Part shown: positions 27,244 to 38,043 of the stretch, piece after piece
Numbering within the stretch: the stretch's first letter is position 1
How the letters are laid out: each line of letters begins with the position of its first letter
Assembly (NCBI GenBank): GCA_043798915.1
Contig: JAZDOG010000055.1
Location: forward strand, 1 to 54,193
Direction of reading: 5' to 3'
DNA: 54,193 nt
Source of the DNA: Pseudomonadota bacterium
GTDB taxonomy: Bacteria > UBA10199 > 2-02-FULL-44-16 > JAAZCA01
Program-made: the position numbers and the translations under genes
Notes under the pieces: generated by a model
Databases searched by the model: none
What the model saw: the letters and a program-made list of their open reading frames with translations, nothing else
Told to the model about the DNA's origin: nothing

Positions 27244-29226
27244 ATGCCCTCATTCAAACTCGTCAGCGAATTCACACCGAAGGGCGATCAGCCGCAGGCC
27301 ATAGCAAAGCTCACGGAAGGGATCCTTGCGGGCAAGAAGCATCAGGTCCTTCTGGGTGTGACCGGCTCCGGCAAGACCTTCACGATAGCGCATCTGATCG
27401 CAAATGCGGGCAGGCCCGCGCTCGTGATCGCGCCCAACAAGACGCTTGCCGCGCAGCTCTACTCGGAATTCAAAGAGCTCTTTCCCGAGAACGCCGTCGA
27501 ATATTTCGTCAGCTACTACGACTACTATCAGCCCGAGGCCTATCTTCCCGCGCAGGACCTCTTCATCGAGAAGGATTCCGCGATAAACGAGTCGATCGAC
27601 AGGCTCCGGCACTCCGCGACGCATTCGCTCCTCACCCGCCGGGACGTGATAATCGTAGCATCGGTCTCGTGCATCTACGGGCTCGGCAGCCCCGAGGCGT
27701 ACAACGGGATGCTCCTGCGCACCAGGAAGGGCGAGGAGATCGACCGGCAGGAGGTGCTCCGGAAGCTTGTCGAGATACAGTATCAGCGGAACGACATCGA
27801 TTTTCACCGCGGCACGTTTCGCGTGCGTGGCGACGTCGTCGAGGTGATCCCGGCTTACGAGGATGCAAAGGCCGTTCGCCTCGAGTTCTTCGGCGACAGA
27901 CTCACGAAGATTGTCGAGATCGATTCTCTGACCGGCAAGTCGCTGGGCGAACTCACCGAGGCGGCGATCTTCCCCGGCAGCCACTATGTGACTCCCGGGG
28001 AGAGGATGAAGGAGGCTGTCGCCGCTGTCCGCGAGGAGCTTGCGGAGCGAATAAAATATTTTCACGGCGCGGGGAAACCGCTCGAGCGTGCTCGCATCGA
28101 GCAGCGCACGAAATTCGATCTGGAGATGATGGAGGAGATGGGCTTCTGCAAGGGGATCGAGAACTATTCGAGATATCTGACCGGAAGAAAACCCGGCGAG
28201 CCGCCTCCCACGCTTCTCGAGTATTTCCCGCGCGACTTTCTGCTCTTCGTCGACGAGAGCCATATCACCGTCCCGCAGGTCGGCGGGATGGCGAGCGGCG
28301 ACCGCTCCCGGAAGGAGACCCTCGTTGAGCACGGTTTCAGGCTCCCCTCCGCCCTCGACAACAGGCCGCTGCGCTTCGACGAGTTCGAGGGGCTCATAGG
28401 CCAGACGATCTATGCGTCGGCCACCCCCGCCGAATATGAGCTCACGAAGGCGAAGGGGAACGTGGCGGAGCAGATCGTGAGGCCCACGGGCCTCATGGAC
28501 CCCGAGCCCGAGGTACGCCCGACCGCGGGGCAGGTGGACGACCTCCTTGCGGAGATAAAAAAGAGGGTTGAGGCAGGCGAGCGTGTTCTCGTGACGACCC
28601 TCACGAAACGAATGGCCGAAGAGCTTGCAGATTTCTATCGGGAGAAGGGCGTGCGCGTGCGCTACCTCCACTCCGACATAGAATCGCTCGAGCGCGTCGA
28701 GATACTGCGGGCGCTGCGCCTCGGCGAGTTCGATGTCCTGGTAGGCATCAACCTCCTTCGCGAGGGGCTGGATCTGCCCGAGGTCTCCCTTGTCGCGATC
28801 TTCGATGCGGACCGGGAGGGATTTTTGAGGTCCGCCAGATCGCTCATCCAGACCTTCGGCCGCGCCTCGCGAAACGTGAACGGGCACGTGATCCTCTACG
28901 CCGACGTCATGACGGACTCAATGAAGAAGGCGATGGGCGAGACGCTACGGCGCCGAAAGCTCCAGGCAGCATACAACAAGAAGCACGGCATCACGCCGAC
29001 CACGATCAAGAAGAATATAAGCGACGTCCTCCATTCGATCTATGAACGGGATTATGTGGAGGCCCCGGCGATCGAAGAGGATATCGTTCCGCTTGAAGAT
29101 GTGGCCCGCACGGTGGAGAAGCTCAGGCGCCAGATGCTCTCCGCGGCGAAAAGGCTGGAGTTCGAGAGCGCGGCCAGGCTCCGCGACCGCATCTCAGCGC
29201 TCGAAAAGAAGGCCCTGGGGTTGTAA
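27244..29226 (+). CDS. uvrB: Excinuclease ABC subunit B
   Basis: [22 protein letters not shown] and [10 protein letters not shown] motifs; C-terminal UVR domain. Confidence 0.97.
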   Translation: MPSFKLVSEFTPKGDQPQAIAKLTEGILAGKKHQVLLGVTGSGKTFTIAHLIANAGRPALVIAPNKTLAAQLYSEFKELFPENAVEYFVSYYDYYQPEAYLPAQDLFIEKDSAINESIDRLRHSATHSLLTRRDVIIVASVSCIYGLGSPEAYNGMLLRTRKGEEIDRQEVLRKLVEIQYQRNDIDFHRGTFRVRGDVVEVIPAYEDAKAVRLEFFGDRLTKIVEIDSLTGKSLGELTEAAIFPGSHYVTPGERMKEAVAAVREELAERIKYFHGAGKPLERARIEQRTKFDLEMMEEMGFCKGIENYSRYLTGRKPGEPPPTLLEYFPRDFLLFVDESHITVPQVGGMASGDRSRKETLVEHGFRLPSALDNRPLRFDEFEGLIGQTIYASATPAEYELTKAKGNVAEQIVRPTGLMDPEPEVRPTAGQVDDLLAEIKKRVEAGERVLVTTLTKRMAEELADFYREKGVRVRYLHSDIESLERVEILRALRLGEFDVLVGINLLREGLDLPEVSLVAIFDADREGFLRSARSLIQTFGRASRNVNGHVILYADVMTDSMKKAMGETLRRRKLQAAYNKKHGITPTTIKKNISDVLHSIYERDYVEAPAIEEDIVPLEDVARTVEKLRRQMLSAAKRLEFESAARLRDRISALEKKALGL

Positions 29227-29321
29227 ATGGGAGCAAATTAATTCCTTGATAACTCGAAGGCGGTAATTTATAAGAGACTATCGCTCGGCATGCCTCTATG
29301 ACAGCGAAAGGAGACGAACTA

Positions 29322-30479
29322 ATGAAAAGGATGAAGCTCTTTCTTGCGGCGCTCCTGTTTGTCGCCCTCGTTCCTGCTGCAGTTTTGGCGGAGACGGCAG
29401 GGTACGACCACGGGTTCTATATAAAGAACGATGACGGCTCCTTCAATCTCACGATCAACGGCCGCATCCAGTCGAAGCTCTTTTATAACCAGCAACGCGG
29501 CACCCCCAAGCAGCTCTCCTTCCAGATCAGGCGCGCGCAGATGGGCGTGATGGCCAAATATGACGACGTGGTCACAGCGGGTTTTGTCCTCAAGCATGCC
29601 GTCGGCAATACAGCCGGCACCAACTTTCAGACCGTCAATATTGCAAACGCGATAGTGGCCCTTCAGGTTATACCGGAGTTCACGGTCACCGCGGGCATGG
29701 TCGGCCTGCCGCTGGACATGATGACCGAGGCGAGCTCCGCTTGGTTCCTCCTGACAGAGGCCCCTATCACGAGCACCCAGAGCGACGGTTTGAAGGCCAT
29801 CACGATCCTGCGTCCCAGCTTCGGCACGCCGGATGGCCTGGGGGTCAACTTCTCGGGCGGCTACTGGAAGTGGTTCTACTCGGCCTCCGTCGTGAACGGC
29901 ACAGAAACCAATTATGATATCAACCCCGACAGGAAGATGTCTGCTGGTTTCCGCACCGGCGTCAACATCCTTGAACCGGTCCCCGGCAGCATGACCGATT
30001 TTGAGTGCTCATCGACGCCGAAGCTCACCATAAGCGCGGGCACGGATTATCAGGGCAAGAGGGTCGATCCCAATACCGGCGCCAACATCAAGTACCTGTG
30101 GACCTCTTCGCTGGGGGCCGGCGTCCGGTGGGGCGGGTTCGCATTCACGAGCGAGGGATACTACAGAAAGACGAAGATCACGACGATCGGCACAGCGGTA
30201 TGGGCGCGCCCGAGGCTTACCGACATCGGCTACTATGCGGCTGCTGGCTACTACGTCCTTCCCAAAAAACTCGAGATAGCGGGCCAGACCGGCCAGATAT
30301 TCCGTCAGGGTCCGGCCAACGACTCGTGGCAGTTCGGCGGCGGCCTCAACTACTACGTCTTTGACAACAACCTGAAGCTGCAGCTGGCCTATACCTTCAC
30401 CAACGATTTCAACGATGTGACGGGTTCCGTGCAGAGACACATACACAACATGGCCCTCATGGCATCCGCTATTTTCTAG
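29322..30479 (+). CDS. Outer-membrane porin (phosphate-selective porin O/P-like)
   Basis: Signal peptide; F.IRRA, amphipathic beta strands, GLNYY...LKLQ and terminal Phe. Confidence 0.75.
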   Translation: MKRMKLFLAALLFVALVPAAVLAETAGYDHGFYIKNDDGSFNLTINGRIQSKLFYNQQRGTPKQLSFQIRRAQMGVMAKYDDVVTAGFVLKHAVGNTAGTNFQTVNIANAIVALQVIPEFTVTAGMVGLPLDMMTEASSAWFLLTEAPITSTQSDGLKAITILRPSFGTPDGLGVNFSGGYWKWFYSASVVNGTETNYDINPDRKMSAGFRTGVNILEPVPGSMTDFECSSTPKLTISAGTDYQGKRVDPNTGANIKYLWTSSLGAGVRWGGFAFTSEGYYRKTKITTIGTAVWARPRLTDIGYYAAAGYYVLPKKLEIAGQTGQIFRQGPANDSWQFGGGLNYYVFDNNLKLQLAYTFTNDFNDVTGSVQRHIHNMALMASAIF

Positions 30480-30502
30480 GGCGGATCAACGATGGCATCC
30501 AG

Positions 30503-30535
30503 ACCGCGGCCTCACATGAGGCCGCGGTTTTTTTT
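30503..30535 (+). terminator. Rho-independent terminator
   Basis: ACCGCGGCCTCA/TGAGGCCGCGGT followed by a T-run. Confidence 0.85.
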
Positions 30536-30588
30536 AGAGCTTCAAAACGCATGGACAACCGACAGCCCTGCATGTTAGGAGCGAGGCC

Positions 30589-32265
30589 GTGCTCCGCTCC
30601 CTCCACATCAAGGATTTCGCGATCATCGACGAGCTCGATTGTGAACTCTCCCCCGGCCTCAACGTGCTGACCGGCGAGACGGGGGCGGGCAAGACGATCA
30701 TCGTCGAAGCGCTGAAGCTCGTCCTGGGCGGCAGGGCCGATGCCGGCGTCGTCCGCGCGGGGGAGGAGAGGGCGAGCGTCACTGCGATCTTCGATTCCAG
30801 GGACATCCTGCCTGATTCCCTGCGCGCGCTCGAGGAGTCAGGCGTGAATTGCAAAGAGGATATCGTCATCACCCGCATCGTCGGCGGTCAGGGGAAGGGG
30901 AGAATATCGATCAATGGCGTGCCGATGGCAGGCAGCATGCTCAAGGGGATGGGCGTTCGCCTCGTCGACGTATCGAACCAGCACGAACACCAGATGCTCC
31001 TCAATCCCTCATGGCATGGCGAGATCCTCGACGAATTCGGCGGGTTTGGGAGGCTTGCTGCCGACTATCGCAATGCACAGACGCGCTTTGCCGACGCTGA
31101 GAGGGAGCTCTCCGAGCTCAAGGCCAAGGGGCAGGCCGCGAAGGAGAAGACTGATTTCCTTAAATTCCAGCTGGACGAACTTGCTGCGGCGGCACTCAAA
31201 GCCGGAGAGGAAGATGCGATCGAGGCGGAGAGGATGAAGCTCAAGAACGCCTCGGCCCTGGAGGAGCGGGCGCGTGCCGCCGAGGGCGCGCTCTATGGCG
31301 CCGAAGGCTCCGCCGTGGAGACGATCGACAGGGCGCTCTTCTCCCTTGTGCAGTGCGAACAATTTGATGCAACCATCTCCATATGGCGCGAATCCGTAGG
31401 GAAGGCGCGTGTGGAGATCGAGGATGTGGCCCGCGAGCTGTCGCGCTATGCCGAGAAGCTCGAATCCAACCCCGTGCGCCTCGAGGAGTTAGACGAGAGA
31501 TTGCATCTGATCCGCCGCCTCGTCCGCAAACACGGAGGGACGGTTGCGGCCTGCATAGCGAAGCAGCTCGAGATCGCCACTGAGCTCGGAGATGCCCTCA
31601 GCTATGATGAGACGCTGGTCGCCAGGACGGAGGAGCTGGGCGTGTTGGCTCTGGAGCGCCGGAAGGTTGCCGGAGAATGGAGCCGGGAGCGAATCGGGGC
31701 CGCCGAAAAGATGGGGAAGTCGGTTGCGGTGGAACTCGCTGGCCTGGGGATGGGGAAGGCGGGTTTCAGAGTATCGGTGAAGGAGCGTCCGGAGGCTGAG
31801 TGGGACGAGGGAGGGCCAAATTCGGTGGAATTCCTGATCGCCCCGAACGTCGGCGAACCGCCCAAGGCCCTCGCGAGGATCGCATCCGGCGGCGAGCTCT
31901 CTCGGGCGATGCTCGCCATCAAGAGCGCCCTGGCCGGCCGCGGGAACTTTGCCGCGACATCGGTCTTCGACGAGGTGGACAGCGGCATAGGCGGTGCCAT
32001 CGCCGCCGTGGTCGGAAAAAAGCTCAAGGATGTCGCGCGCTCGAGGCAGGTGATCTGCATCACCCATCTGCCGCAGGTTGCGGTCCATGGCGACCGGCAC
32101 ATCCTGATATCCAAGCGCGTGAAAGGCGGGCGGACGGTAGCATTCCTCAAGACCCTGCTTAAAGAGGAGCGGGTGAGAGAGATCGCAAGGATGCTCTCCG
32201 GTGACAGAATCACCGACACGACGTTCGCGCATGCGGAAGAGATGCTCAAAAACGCAACTGTTTAG
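30589..32265 (+). CDS. recN: DNA repair protein RecN
   Basis: LTGETGAGKT, ASGGELSR, FDEVDSGIGG and ITHLPQVA motifs. Confidence 0.96.
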   Translation: MLRSLHIKDFAIIDELDCELSPGLNVLTGETGAGKTIIVEALKLVLGGRADAGVVRAGEERASVTAIFDSRDILPDSLRALEESGVNCKEDIVITRIVGGQGKGRISINGVPMAGSMLKGMGVRLVDVSNQHEHQMLLNPSWHGEILDEFGGFGRLAADYRNAQTRFADAERELSELKAKGQAAKEKTDFLKFQLDELAAAALKAGEEDAIEAERMKLKNASALEERARAAEGALYGAEGSAVETIDRALFSLVQCEQFDATISIWRESVGKARVEIEDVARELSRYAEKLESNPVRLEELDERLHLIRRLVRKHGGTVAACIAKQLEIATELGDALSYDETLVARTEELGVLALERRKVAGEWSRERIGAAEKMGKSVAVELAGLGMGKAGFRVSVKERPEAEWDEGGPNSVEFLIAPNVGEPPKALARIASGGELSRAMLAIKSALAGRGNFAATSVFDEVDSGIGGAIAAVVGKKLKDVARSRQVICITHLPQVAVHGDRHILISKRVKGGRTVAFLKTLLKEERVREIARMLSGDRITDTTFAHAEEMLKNATV

Positions 32266-32280
32266 CTGACAGATTTCGTT

Positions 32281-33621
32281 ATGATCCTTAAATCGGCCAT
32301 CCAGAGCGCAGTTCGAAAACTCGAGGCGCAGGGCCTCGACGACTTTGAGGTCGCAGGCCTCTCTGAGGTTTCCCTCGTCGTCGAAGTCAAACAGCAGATG
32401 GTCGAGTCCTTCCAGCGCTCCTCGAAAAGGGGCATAGCGATCCGGGCGATCCGCGGGGCGCGGGTCGGGCTCGCGACCACCACAGAGCTCTCTGCCCGTT
32501 CCATCGAACATGCCGTGGACCAGGCGGCTGCGGCCACACGGCAGGTTTCGCCGTCTGACGAGGCGACGCTTCCGCCAGCCGGGGAGCCCCCCGCCAGTTT
32601 TGCCGAAGCCAAAGGGCGCCCCTTCGGAGAGATATCGGACGACGACAAGATCCGCATGGCGATGCTGCTCGAGAGCGCCGCGATAGCCGCGGATAGCAGG
32701 GTGAGGCGAGTGCAGAAGCCAACCTACGAAGAGCGGACATTTTCACTATCGGTCACCAACTCTAAAGGCATTTCATCTGCAGCGGAGAGGGGGCTCGCCC
32801 TGTGCGAGCTCAAGGTTGTCGCAGAGGACGGCGGCAGCGCGGAGAGCGCCTATGAGTTCTCCTTTTCCACGCGCATCGAAGATCTCGATGTGGAGAAGAC
32901 TGCGAGGGCCGCGGCGGTGCGCGCGGTAGGCAAGCTCGGAGCAAAGCCGGTTTCCCTCAGCAGGTGTCCGGTCCTCCTCGATCCCAGGGCTTCGGCAACG
33001 ATGATCCGGCTTGCTGCCCCGTCGTTCTTTGCGGACAACGTGCAGCGGGGAAAGTCGATGCTGGTGTCGAAAAAGGGGGAGCGCATCTACCATCCGGATG
33101 TTTCGATCGTCGATGACGGCCTCTTGCCGGGTGGGTTCGGCTCTTTCCCATTCGACGGGGAGGGGGTAACAAGGCGGCGCACCGTGATGGTCCGGAACGG
33201 CGTGGTCGAGGGCTGGCTGTATGACTGGGCGCGTGCCTCGCGGGACGGGGTTGCCTCCACCGGCAACTGTGTCCGGGAGGGCCTGAAGCGCCTGCCGGCC
33301 ATAGGCATAGGCAACTGCTTCCTCAAGGGGGGCGACAAGGCTCCCGACGCCCTCATGCGCGAGGCCCACAGGGGCCTCCTCATCACGGACCTCTTGGGCG
33401 TGCACACCGCAAACGCTGCGAACGGCGATTTTTCGCTCGGGGTTGAAGGGATGCTGATAGAGGAGGGGATGACAGGCCAACCGGTGCGCGGGATCATCGT
33501 CGCCGGCAATATCCACGACCTTTTCGGGCGCGTCCTTGGGGTGGGCAGCGACCTCAAGTTTTTTGGCGCTTATGGCGCGCCATCGCTCCTCGTGGAAGGG
33601 CTAATGCTCGGGGGAGGCTGA
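32281..33621 (+). CDS. pmbA: TldD/PmbA family protein (PmbA/TldE-like)
   Basis: FPFDGEG, STGN and GDFS motifs; lacks the TldD HExxxH motif. Confidence 0.8.
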   Translation: MILKSAIQSAVRKLEAQGLDDFEVAGLSEVSLVVEVKQQMVESFQRSSKRGIAIRAIRGARVGLATTTELSARSIEHAVDQAAAATRQVSPSDEATLPPAGEPPASFAEAKGRPFGEISDDDKIRMAMLLESAAIAADSRVRRVQKPTYEERTFSLSVTNSKGISSAAERGLALCELKVVAEDGGSAESAYEFSFSTRIEDLDVEKTARAAAVRAVGKLGAKPVSLSRCPVLLDPRASATMIRLAAPSFFADNVQRGKSMLVSKKGERIYHPDVSIVDDGLLPGGFGSFPFDGEGVTRRRTVMVRNGVVEGWLYDWARASRDGVASTGNCVREGLKRLPAIGIGNCFLKGGDKAPDALMREAHRGLLITDLLGVHTANAANGDFSLGVEGMLIEEGMTGQPVRGIIVAGNIHDLFGRVLGVGSDLKFFGAYGAPSLLVEGLMLGGG

Positions 33622-33718
33622 CGACATGTCCTGGTTGGACGCAGATTTCGCTTTTCATCGGGCCAAAAGCAATTTACAAACGGGATTCTTCAAATCGACA
33701 GCTTCAAGGGGTTTCGAA

Positions 33719-34534
33719 ATGCGCATCAGATCATTCGGTTTGTCGGACGTCGGCAGACGCCGCGAAAAGAACGAGGACAGCTTCCTCGTGAGCGAAGAGC
33801 TCAAGCTCTATGCCGTCGCGGACGGCATGGGCGGCCATCTCGGAGGGGATTTCGCGAGCAGGATGGCCGTCGAAACGCTGGATGAGACGCTCAAGGCGCT
33901 GGAGGCCGACCCGGAGTCGACCTTGAGGGAGGGCGACTCAAACTTCAGGCCGGGCGAATACCAGGGGTATCTCCGCTATGCCATAGGGCTTGGCAGCCAG
34001 CGTATATTTGAAAGAGCCACCGCGGAGGCCACGCTGCACGGGATGGGCACCACCACAGTTGCACTCCTTTTCCGCAACAACAAGGTATACGTGGCAAACG
34101 TCGGCGATTCGCGCGCCTACCGCATCCGCCGCGACAAGATCACCCAGATAACAAAGGACCACTCGCTGGTCGGGGAGCAGATTAGGGCCGGGATGTTGTC
34201 GGCCGATGATGCCAGGGTTCATCGTCTGAAAAACATCATAACCAGGTCCGTCGGGTTCCAGGAGGATGTGGAGGCCGATATCGACATAAGGGTGGTGCGC
34301 GAGGGAGACCGTTTTCTCCTCTGTTCGGATGGCCTGAGCAATATGATCGAGGACAGCGAGATCAGGGATATCGTTGCCACCAACGACCTGGAAGCGGCCT
34401 GCCACCGGCTCATAGATATTGCCAACGAGCGGGGCGGCGACGACAATATCACCGCGGTGCTGGTCGAGGTGGAGGCCCTTGAGGAGGAAGATGTGGGGCA
34501 TGACCCATCCGACGAATCCACGATAGAGCTGTGA
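33719..34534 (+). CDS. PP2C-type Ser/Thr protein phosphatase (Stp1/IreP family)
   Basis: RREKNED, VADGMGGH, MGTT, NVGDSRAY, LCSDGL and GGDDNIT motifs. Confidence 0.93.
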   Translation: MRIRSFGLSDVGRRREKNEDSFLVSEELKLYAVADGMGGHLGGDFASRMAVETLDETLKALEADPESTLREGDSNFRPGEYQGYLRYAIGLGSQRIFERATAEATLHGMGTTTVALLFRNNKVYVANVGDSRAYRIRRDKITQITKDHSLVGEQIRAGMLSADDARVHRLKNIITRSVGFQEDVEADIDIRVVREGDRFLLCSDGLSNMIEDSEIRDIVATNDLEAACHRLIDIANERGGDDNITAVLVEVEALEEEDVGHDPSDESTIEL

Positions 34535-34678
34535 CGCAGGGCGGCAATTTTGCTTCTCGGCAACGCGATGTTTGTTAATTTGTTTAATGTTATCAATATG
34601 TTATCTGAGCATTCTTATGGTTGACAACTTATATGGGGTTGTGTTAGCTCTGTCGGTGTATCAAGGTCCTCAGAATAC

Positions 34679-35719
34679 TTGGTCCCAATTGACAGTCCAG
34701 TTAGCAGTCTCGCAGTTCGCAGTAATAACTTGCCAACACGAAGAGCACTGACATTGAGCAGACCCGAGACCAAAGGCAGGCCGGCGAAATGCTTCAGCGT
34801 ACTCATTGTTCCCCGCAACAGCTCCAATGTGCGGCGCTTTGAGTGCTCCAGCCGCTCAGTCCATCTGGCCGTAGGGGTGGCCGCATCGCTTGCCGTCATC
34901 TTTGTTGCCACCCTGGCCTCCTTCGTCTATTACCGCCACGTCTGTATCATGACCGAGGACGTGCGCGCCCAGGCAGCGGATTTTGTGAGGGAGAAAGAGA
35001 CGCTCCTGGCGCGTCAGGCCCAGCTCGAGACTGCGGTTGGCCGCACGGAGCGTTTTGCGGCCAAGCTGGAATCCGCGGTCGGCGGCAATGGAGAGGCGCT
35101 AGCAGGGAAGGGTCCGGTCGACGAGGAGGATTGGCTCCCAGGCCGCGATCCGCGGGCAACGACAGGGAACTCCATGAACCTCGGCGGAAGTGTCTGGAAA
35201 TCTCCGTTCTCCAAATCGCTTTCGGCAGGCTTAAATCTCGCAATCAGCAATCTGGAGGAGCGCTCCGATGCGGCAGAGGAGCGCATCCACTCAGTCTTTG
35301 CGCTGCATCAGGACAAGCTCTTCTTCTGGGCTTCGCTGCCGTCGTTGTGGCCATCCCGCGGGTGGGTGACATCCGAGTTCGGCGTCCGGCGCGGCTGGGG
35401 CGGACACGGCAGGCTCCATGAAGGCATAGACATCGCCGGTCCCGTTGGGACGCCGATCGTCGCTCCTGGCGACGGTCTCATCACCTCCGCCAACTATTAC
35501 CACGGTTACGGGCAGAGGATCACGATCGACCATGGCAACGGCATATCCACGCTATATGGGCATTGCTCGTCGATGTATGTCCATGAGGGGCAGCGTGTGA
35601 AGCGTGGGATGATAATCGCCGCGGTCGGCAACACCGGCTCCAGCACCGGGCCCCATCTCCACTACGAGGTGCATGTCGATGGGGTGCCAGTGAACCCCAA
35701 GCTCTACGTGATGCAGTAA
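34679..35719 (+). CDS. M23 family metallopeptidase with N-terminal TM and coiled coil
   Basis: HEGID and STGPHLHYE motifs; true start may be the TTG at 34754. Confidence 0.9.
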   Translation: MVPIDSPVSSLAVRSNNLPTRRALTLSRPETKGRPAKCFSVLIVPRNSSNVRRFECSSRSVHLAVGVAASLAVIFVATLASFVYYRHVCIMTEDVRAQAADFVREKETLLARQAQLETAVGRTERFAAKLESAVGGNGEALAGKGPVDEEDWLPGRDPRATTGNSMNLGGSVWKSPFSKSLSAGLNLAISNLEERSDAAEERIHSVFALHQDKLFFWASLPSLWPSRGWVTSEFGVRRGWGGHGRLHEGIDIAGPVGTPIVAPGDGLITSANYYHGYGQRITIDHGNGISTLYGHCSSMYVHEGQRVKRGMIIAAVGNTGSSTGPHLHYEVHVDGVPVNPKLYVMQ

Positions 35720-35740
35720 GCTTCTTCAGACGAAAATTCT

Positions 35741-35773
35741 AACCCCCTGCAGGTCGACCTGCAGGGGGTTTTT
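35741..35773. terminator. Terminator between convergent genes (perfect 30-bp palindrome)
   Basis: AACCCCCTGCAGGTCGACCTGCAGGGGGTT followed by TTT. Confidence 0.75.
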
Positions 35774-35791
35774 CGTTGGAAAATTTCTTTT

Positions 35792-36835
35792 TTACGAGGC
35801 GATGAGATTTACGATGGTGATCAGGGCAAATATGAGGACCACAGCTCCGAGCCCTATCATCCCTATCTCGATCGGCGTGAGCTTCTTGATCGCCTCGATC
35901 CTTGCCTGAGGGGTGGGATAGGCAGTCCTTCCGGAAAGGCTCTTTTCCAATTCGTCCCATTCTTCCAGTGTCGAGGATTTGCCTTCGCCCGCCGGTGGCG
36001 TCCCTTCCTCCGCCCTCTCTTCCTCCTGGGCAGGGGCGGCCTCGGGCGGCACCTCCTCTTCGAGCCCCGGTATTTCCTGCGGCTTCACCGGGGCCGGCCT
36101 GTAGCGGGGGCTCACTTCCTCCAGCGCCGTGAGATTTATCTCCTGCGGGTTGCGGAACATGATGACTATGGTGCCCAGCGCGATGCGGTCACCGTCGTGA
36201 AGGAATTCCTCCACGATCCGCCGGTTGTTGACGAAGGTACCGTTTTTGCTCTCGAGGTCGCGGATGGCTATCCCGCCCCACCTTTTCATGACCTTCGCGT
36301 GCTTGCGGGATATCACGTACTCGTTTATCGAAAAGTCGCAGTCGGGGTCGCGGCCGATGGTGAGCTCTCCCATCTCGTCCGTGAAGAATATCTTCTTTCC
36401 CTCCGCAGCGCCGTTGAGCACCTCCAGGGAGGGCACCATCTCCTTGTCGAGCGCATTCAGCACCTTCTTGAGGAGCTTGACCTCCAGGATGTCGCTGTCG
36501 GTGACTTCCTCGTCGAAAGCGCTCTTCATGGCGTCAGCCCCCTCGTGAAAACGGATGTCGAAGGTGTCGATGGTGATCAGGTCGCCGGGTCTCAGGAGAT
36601 TCTTGTCGTTCGGCTGGATGCGCATGCCGTTCAAGAACGTGCCGTTGCCGCTCATCGAATCGATGAGGAAAAAATTCGCCCCTTCGACGGCGATCTTCGC
36701 ATGCTGCCTTGAGACCCCGTCGGAGCGCAGCTGGACGACGTTTTCATCCAGGCGCCCGATCGTGATCACGTCCTCGGCGCACTCGTGGACCCAGGTCCTG
36801 TCCTTCCCGCGTTCCTGTATCGTCAGTGCTGGCAT
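35792..36835 (-). CDS. Double-FHA-domain protein with C-terminal membrane anchor
   Basis: Two IGR...SRxHA...D..S.NGTF.N repeats; hydrophobic C-terminus. Confidence 0.88.
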   Translation of the reverse strand: MPALTIQERGKDRTWVHECAEDVITIGRLDENVVQLRSDGVSRQHAKIAVEGANFFLIDSMSGNGTFLNGMRIQPNDKNLLRPGDLITIDTFDIRFHEGADAMKSAFDEEVTDSDILEVKLLKKVLNALDKEMVPSLEVLNGAAEGKKIFFTDEMGELTIGRDPDCDFSINEYVISRKHAKVMKRWGGIAIRDLESKNGTFVNNRRIVEEFLHDGDRIALGTIVIMFRNPQEINLTALEEVSPRYRPAPVKPQEIPGLEEEVPPEAAPAQEEERAEEGTPPAGEGKSSTLEEWDELEKSLSGRTAYPTPQARIEAIKKLTPIEIGMIGLGAVVLIFALITIVNLIAS

Positions 36836-38034
36836 TTGGCGCCCAATGTCTTTATCGCCTGTTCGGCCACGGCCTTCTCGGATGGAAAGGCGCTTCCGGC
36901 CGAGGCCACGAAACGGCAGTACATCTTTCCAGCATCGTCAGAGCGAGACTCCTGCTGGTAGAGGTTGGCGAGGTTATAGAGGGCGCGCGGACTCTTCGGG
37001 TCTGCCACAATCGTGTGCTCCCATTCGCGCTGGGCTGCATCCCTCTTGCCTTGCTTGAGCATGACGAGCCCCAGGTTGAACGAGGCGTCGGCAAAACTCG
37101 GGTTTATCTCGACTGCTTTGGAGAGCGCCCTCGCAGCCTCGCTTAAGTTTCCGGCCGTGAAATAGACCGTGCCCAGCCTGAACCAGGCGACCTCGTCATT
37201 GGGCCTCATCGCAATGACGCCCTTGAATTCGTTTGTGGCATCCGTGTAGCGCTTTTCGTTCACATAGAACAGCCCCATCTGCATGTGCGCATCGGGCGAC
37301 TCGGGGTCGAGTTCGAGGGCTTTCTGAAAGCAGTTCTGCGCCTGATATGGTTCGTGTTTCTGCAGATAGAGGTTGCCCATCTTGAGCCACCCGTCGACCG
37401 ACTTGGGGCGATCGCCGATCGCCAGCCTGTAGCGGATATGCGCCTTCTCGAAATCCCCAAGCTCCTCGTAGAGATCGGCTAGTCTCGTGTGGACGTGCGT
37501 GAGGCCGGGATTCAACTCCGTGGCCTTTTTGAGTTCGCCGACAGCCTCTTCGAGGAGCTTCCGATCGTTCTTCTGGTGCCCCTTCTCGATCAGGGCCAGC
37601 GCAAGGTTGTAGTGGGCATCTGCGACGGTCCCGTCCTTCTTGAGCCCCTTGCGCACGACTGAGATCGCTTCGTCGTAGTGCTTCTGGGCGAGATAGACCG
37701 AGCCCAGGCTGTCGTAGGCGGCTGTGTAGCCCTTGTCCAGATATATGGCCTTCTTGAAATTATCCGCGGCGAGGTCGAGCTGCCCCTTCATCTTGTAGAT
37801 GATCCCCAGGTTATTGTAGGCCTCGACATACTCTGGCGAGAGTTCGATGGCGGTCTTGAACTCGAACTCCGCGTGATCCAGGTCGTTCTGGTTTAAGAAG
37901 CTGATGCCCTGGTTGTTGTGGAAGACCGCCCGCTCCGTGGGCCGCGTGATCTTCTTGGCCCATGCGTTCGCGGGTGCAAAGAGCAGAAGGCCGGCCAACA
38001 GGAAGATCGCTGATCTGTTGATTGTCTTTTTCAT
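36823..38034 (-). CDS. Exported tetratricopeptide repeat protein
   Basis: Signal peptide ending ANAWA; about 9 TPR units (AYNNLG, AHYNLA, ASFNLG). Confidence 0.88.
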   Translation of the reverse strand: MKKTINRSAIFLLAGLLLFAPANAWAKKITRPTERAVFHNNQGISFLNQNDLDHAEFEFKTAIELSPEYVEAYNNLGIIYKMKGQLDLAADNFKKAIYLDKGYTAAYDSLGSVYLAQKHYDEAISVVRKGLKKDGTVADAHYNLALALIEKGHQKNDRKLLEEAVGELKKATELNPGLTHVHTRLADLYEELGDFEKAHIRYRLAIGDRPKSVDGWLKMGNLYLQKHEPYQAQNCFQKALELDPESPDAHMQMGLFYVNEKRYTDATNEFKGVIAMRPNDEVAWFRLGTVYFTAGNLSEAARALSKAVEINPSFADASFNLGLVMLKQGKRDAAQREWEHTIVADPKSPRALYNLANLYQQESRSDDAGKMYCRFVASAGSAFPSEKAVAEQAIKTLGAKCQH

Positions 38035-38043
38035 CCTCTGCCT

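Noticed and set aside
27250..28887. Long antisense or alternate-frame ORFs (also 49608-51470, 41757-43265, 9691-11109, 46641-47948)
   Set aside because: They overlap well-supported genes, lack motifs, and are expected in GC-rich coding DNA.
35746..35758. CCTGCAGGTCGAC resembling a pUC polylinker
   Set aside because: Only 13 bp, part of a natural palindromic terminator between convergent genes, with no flanking vector sequence.
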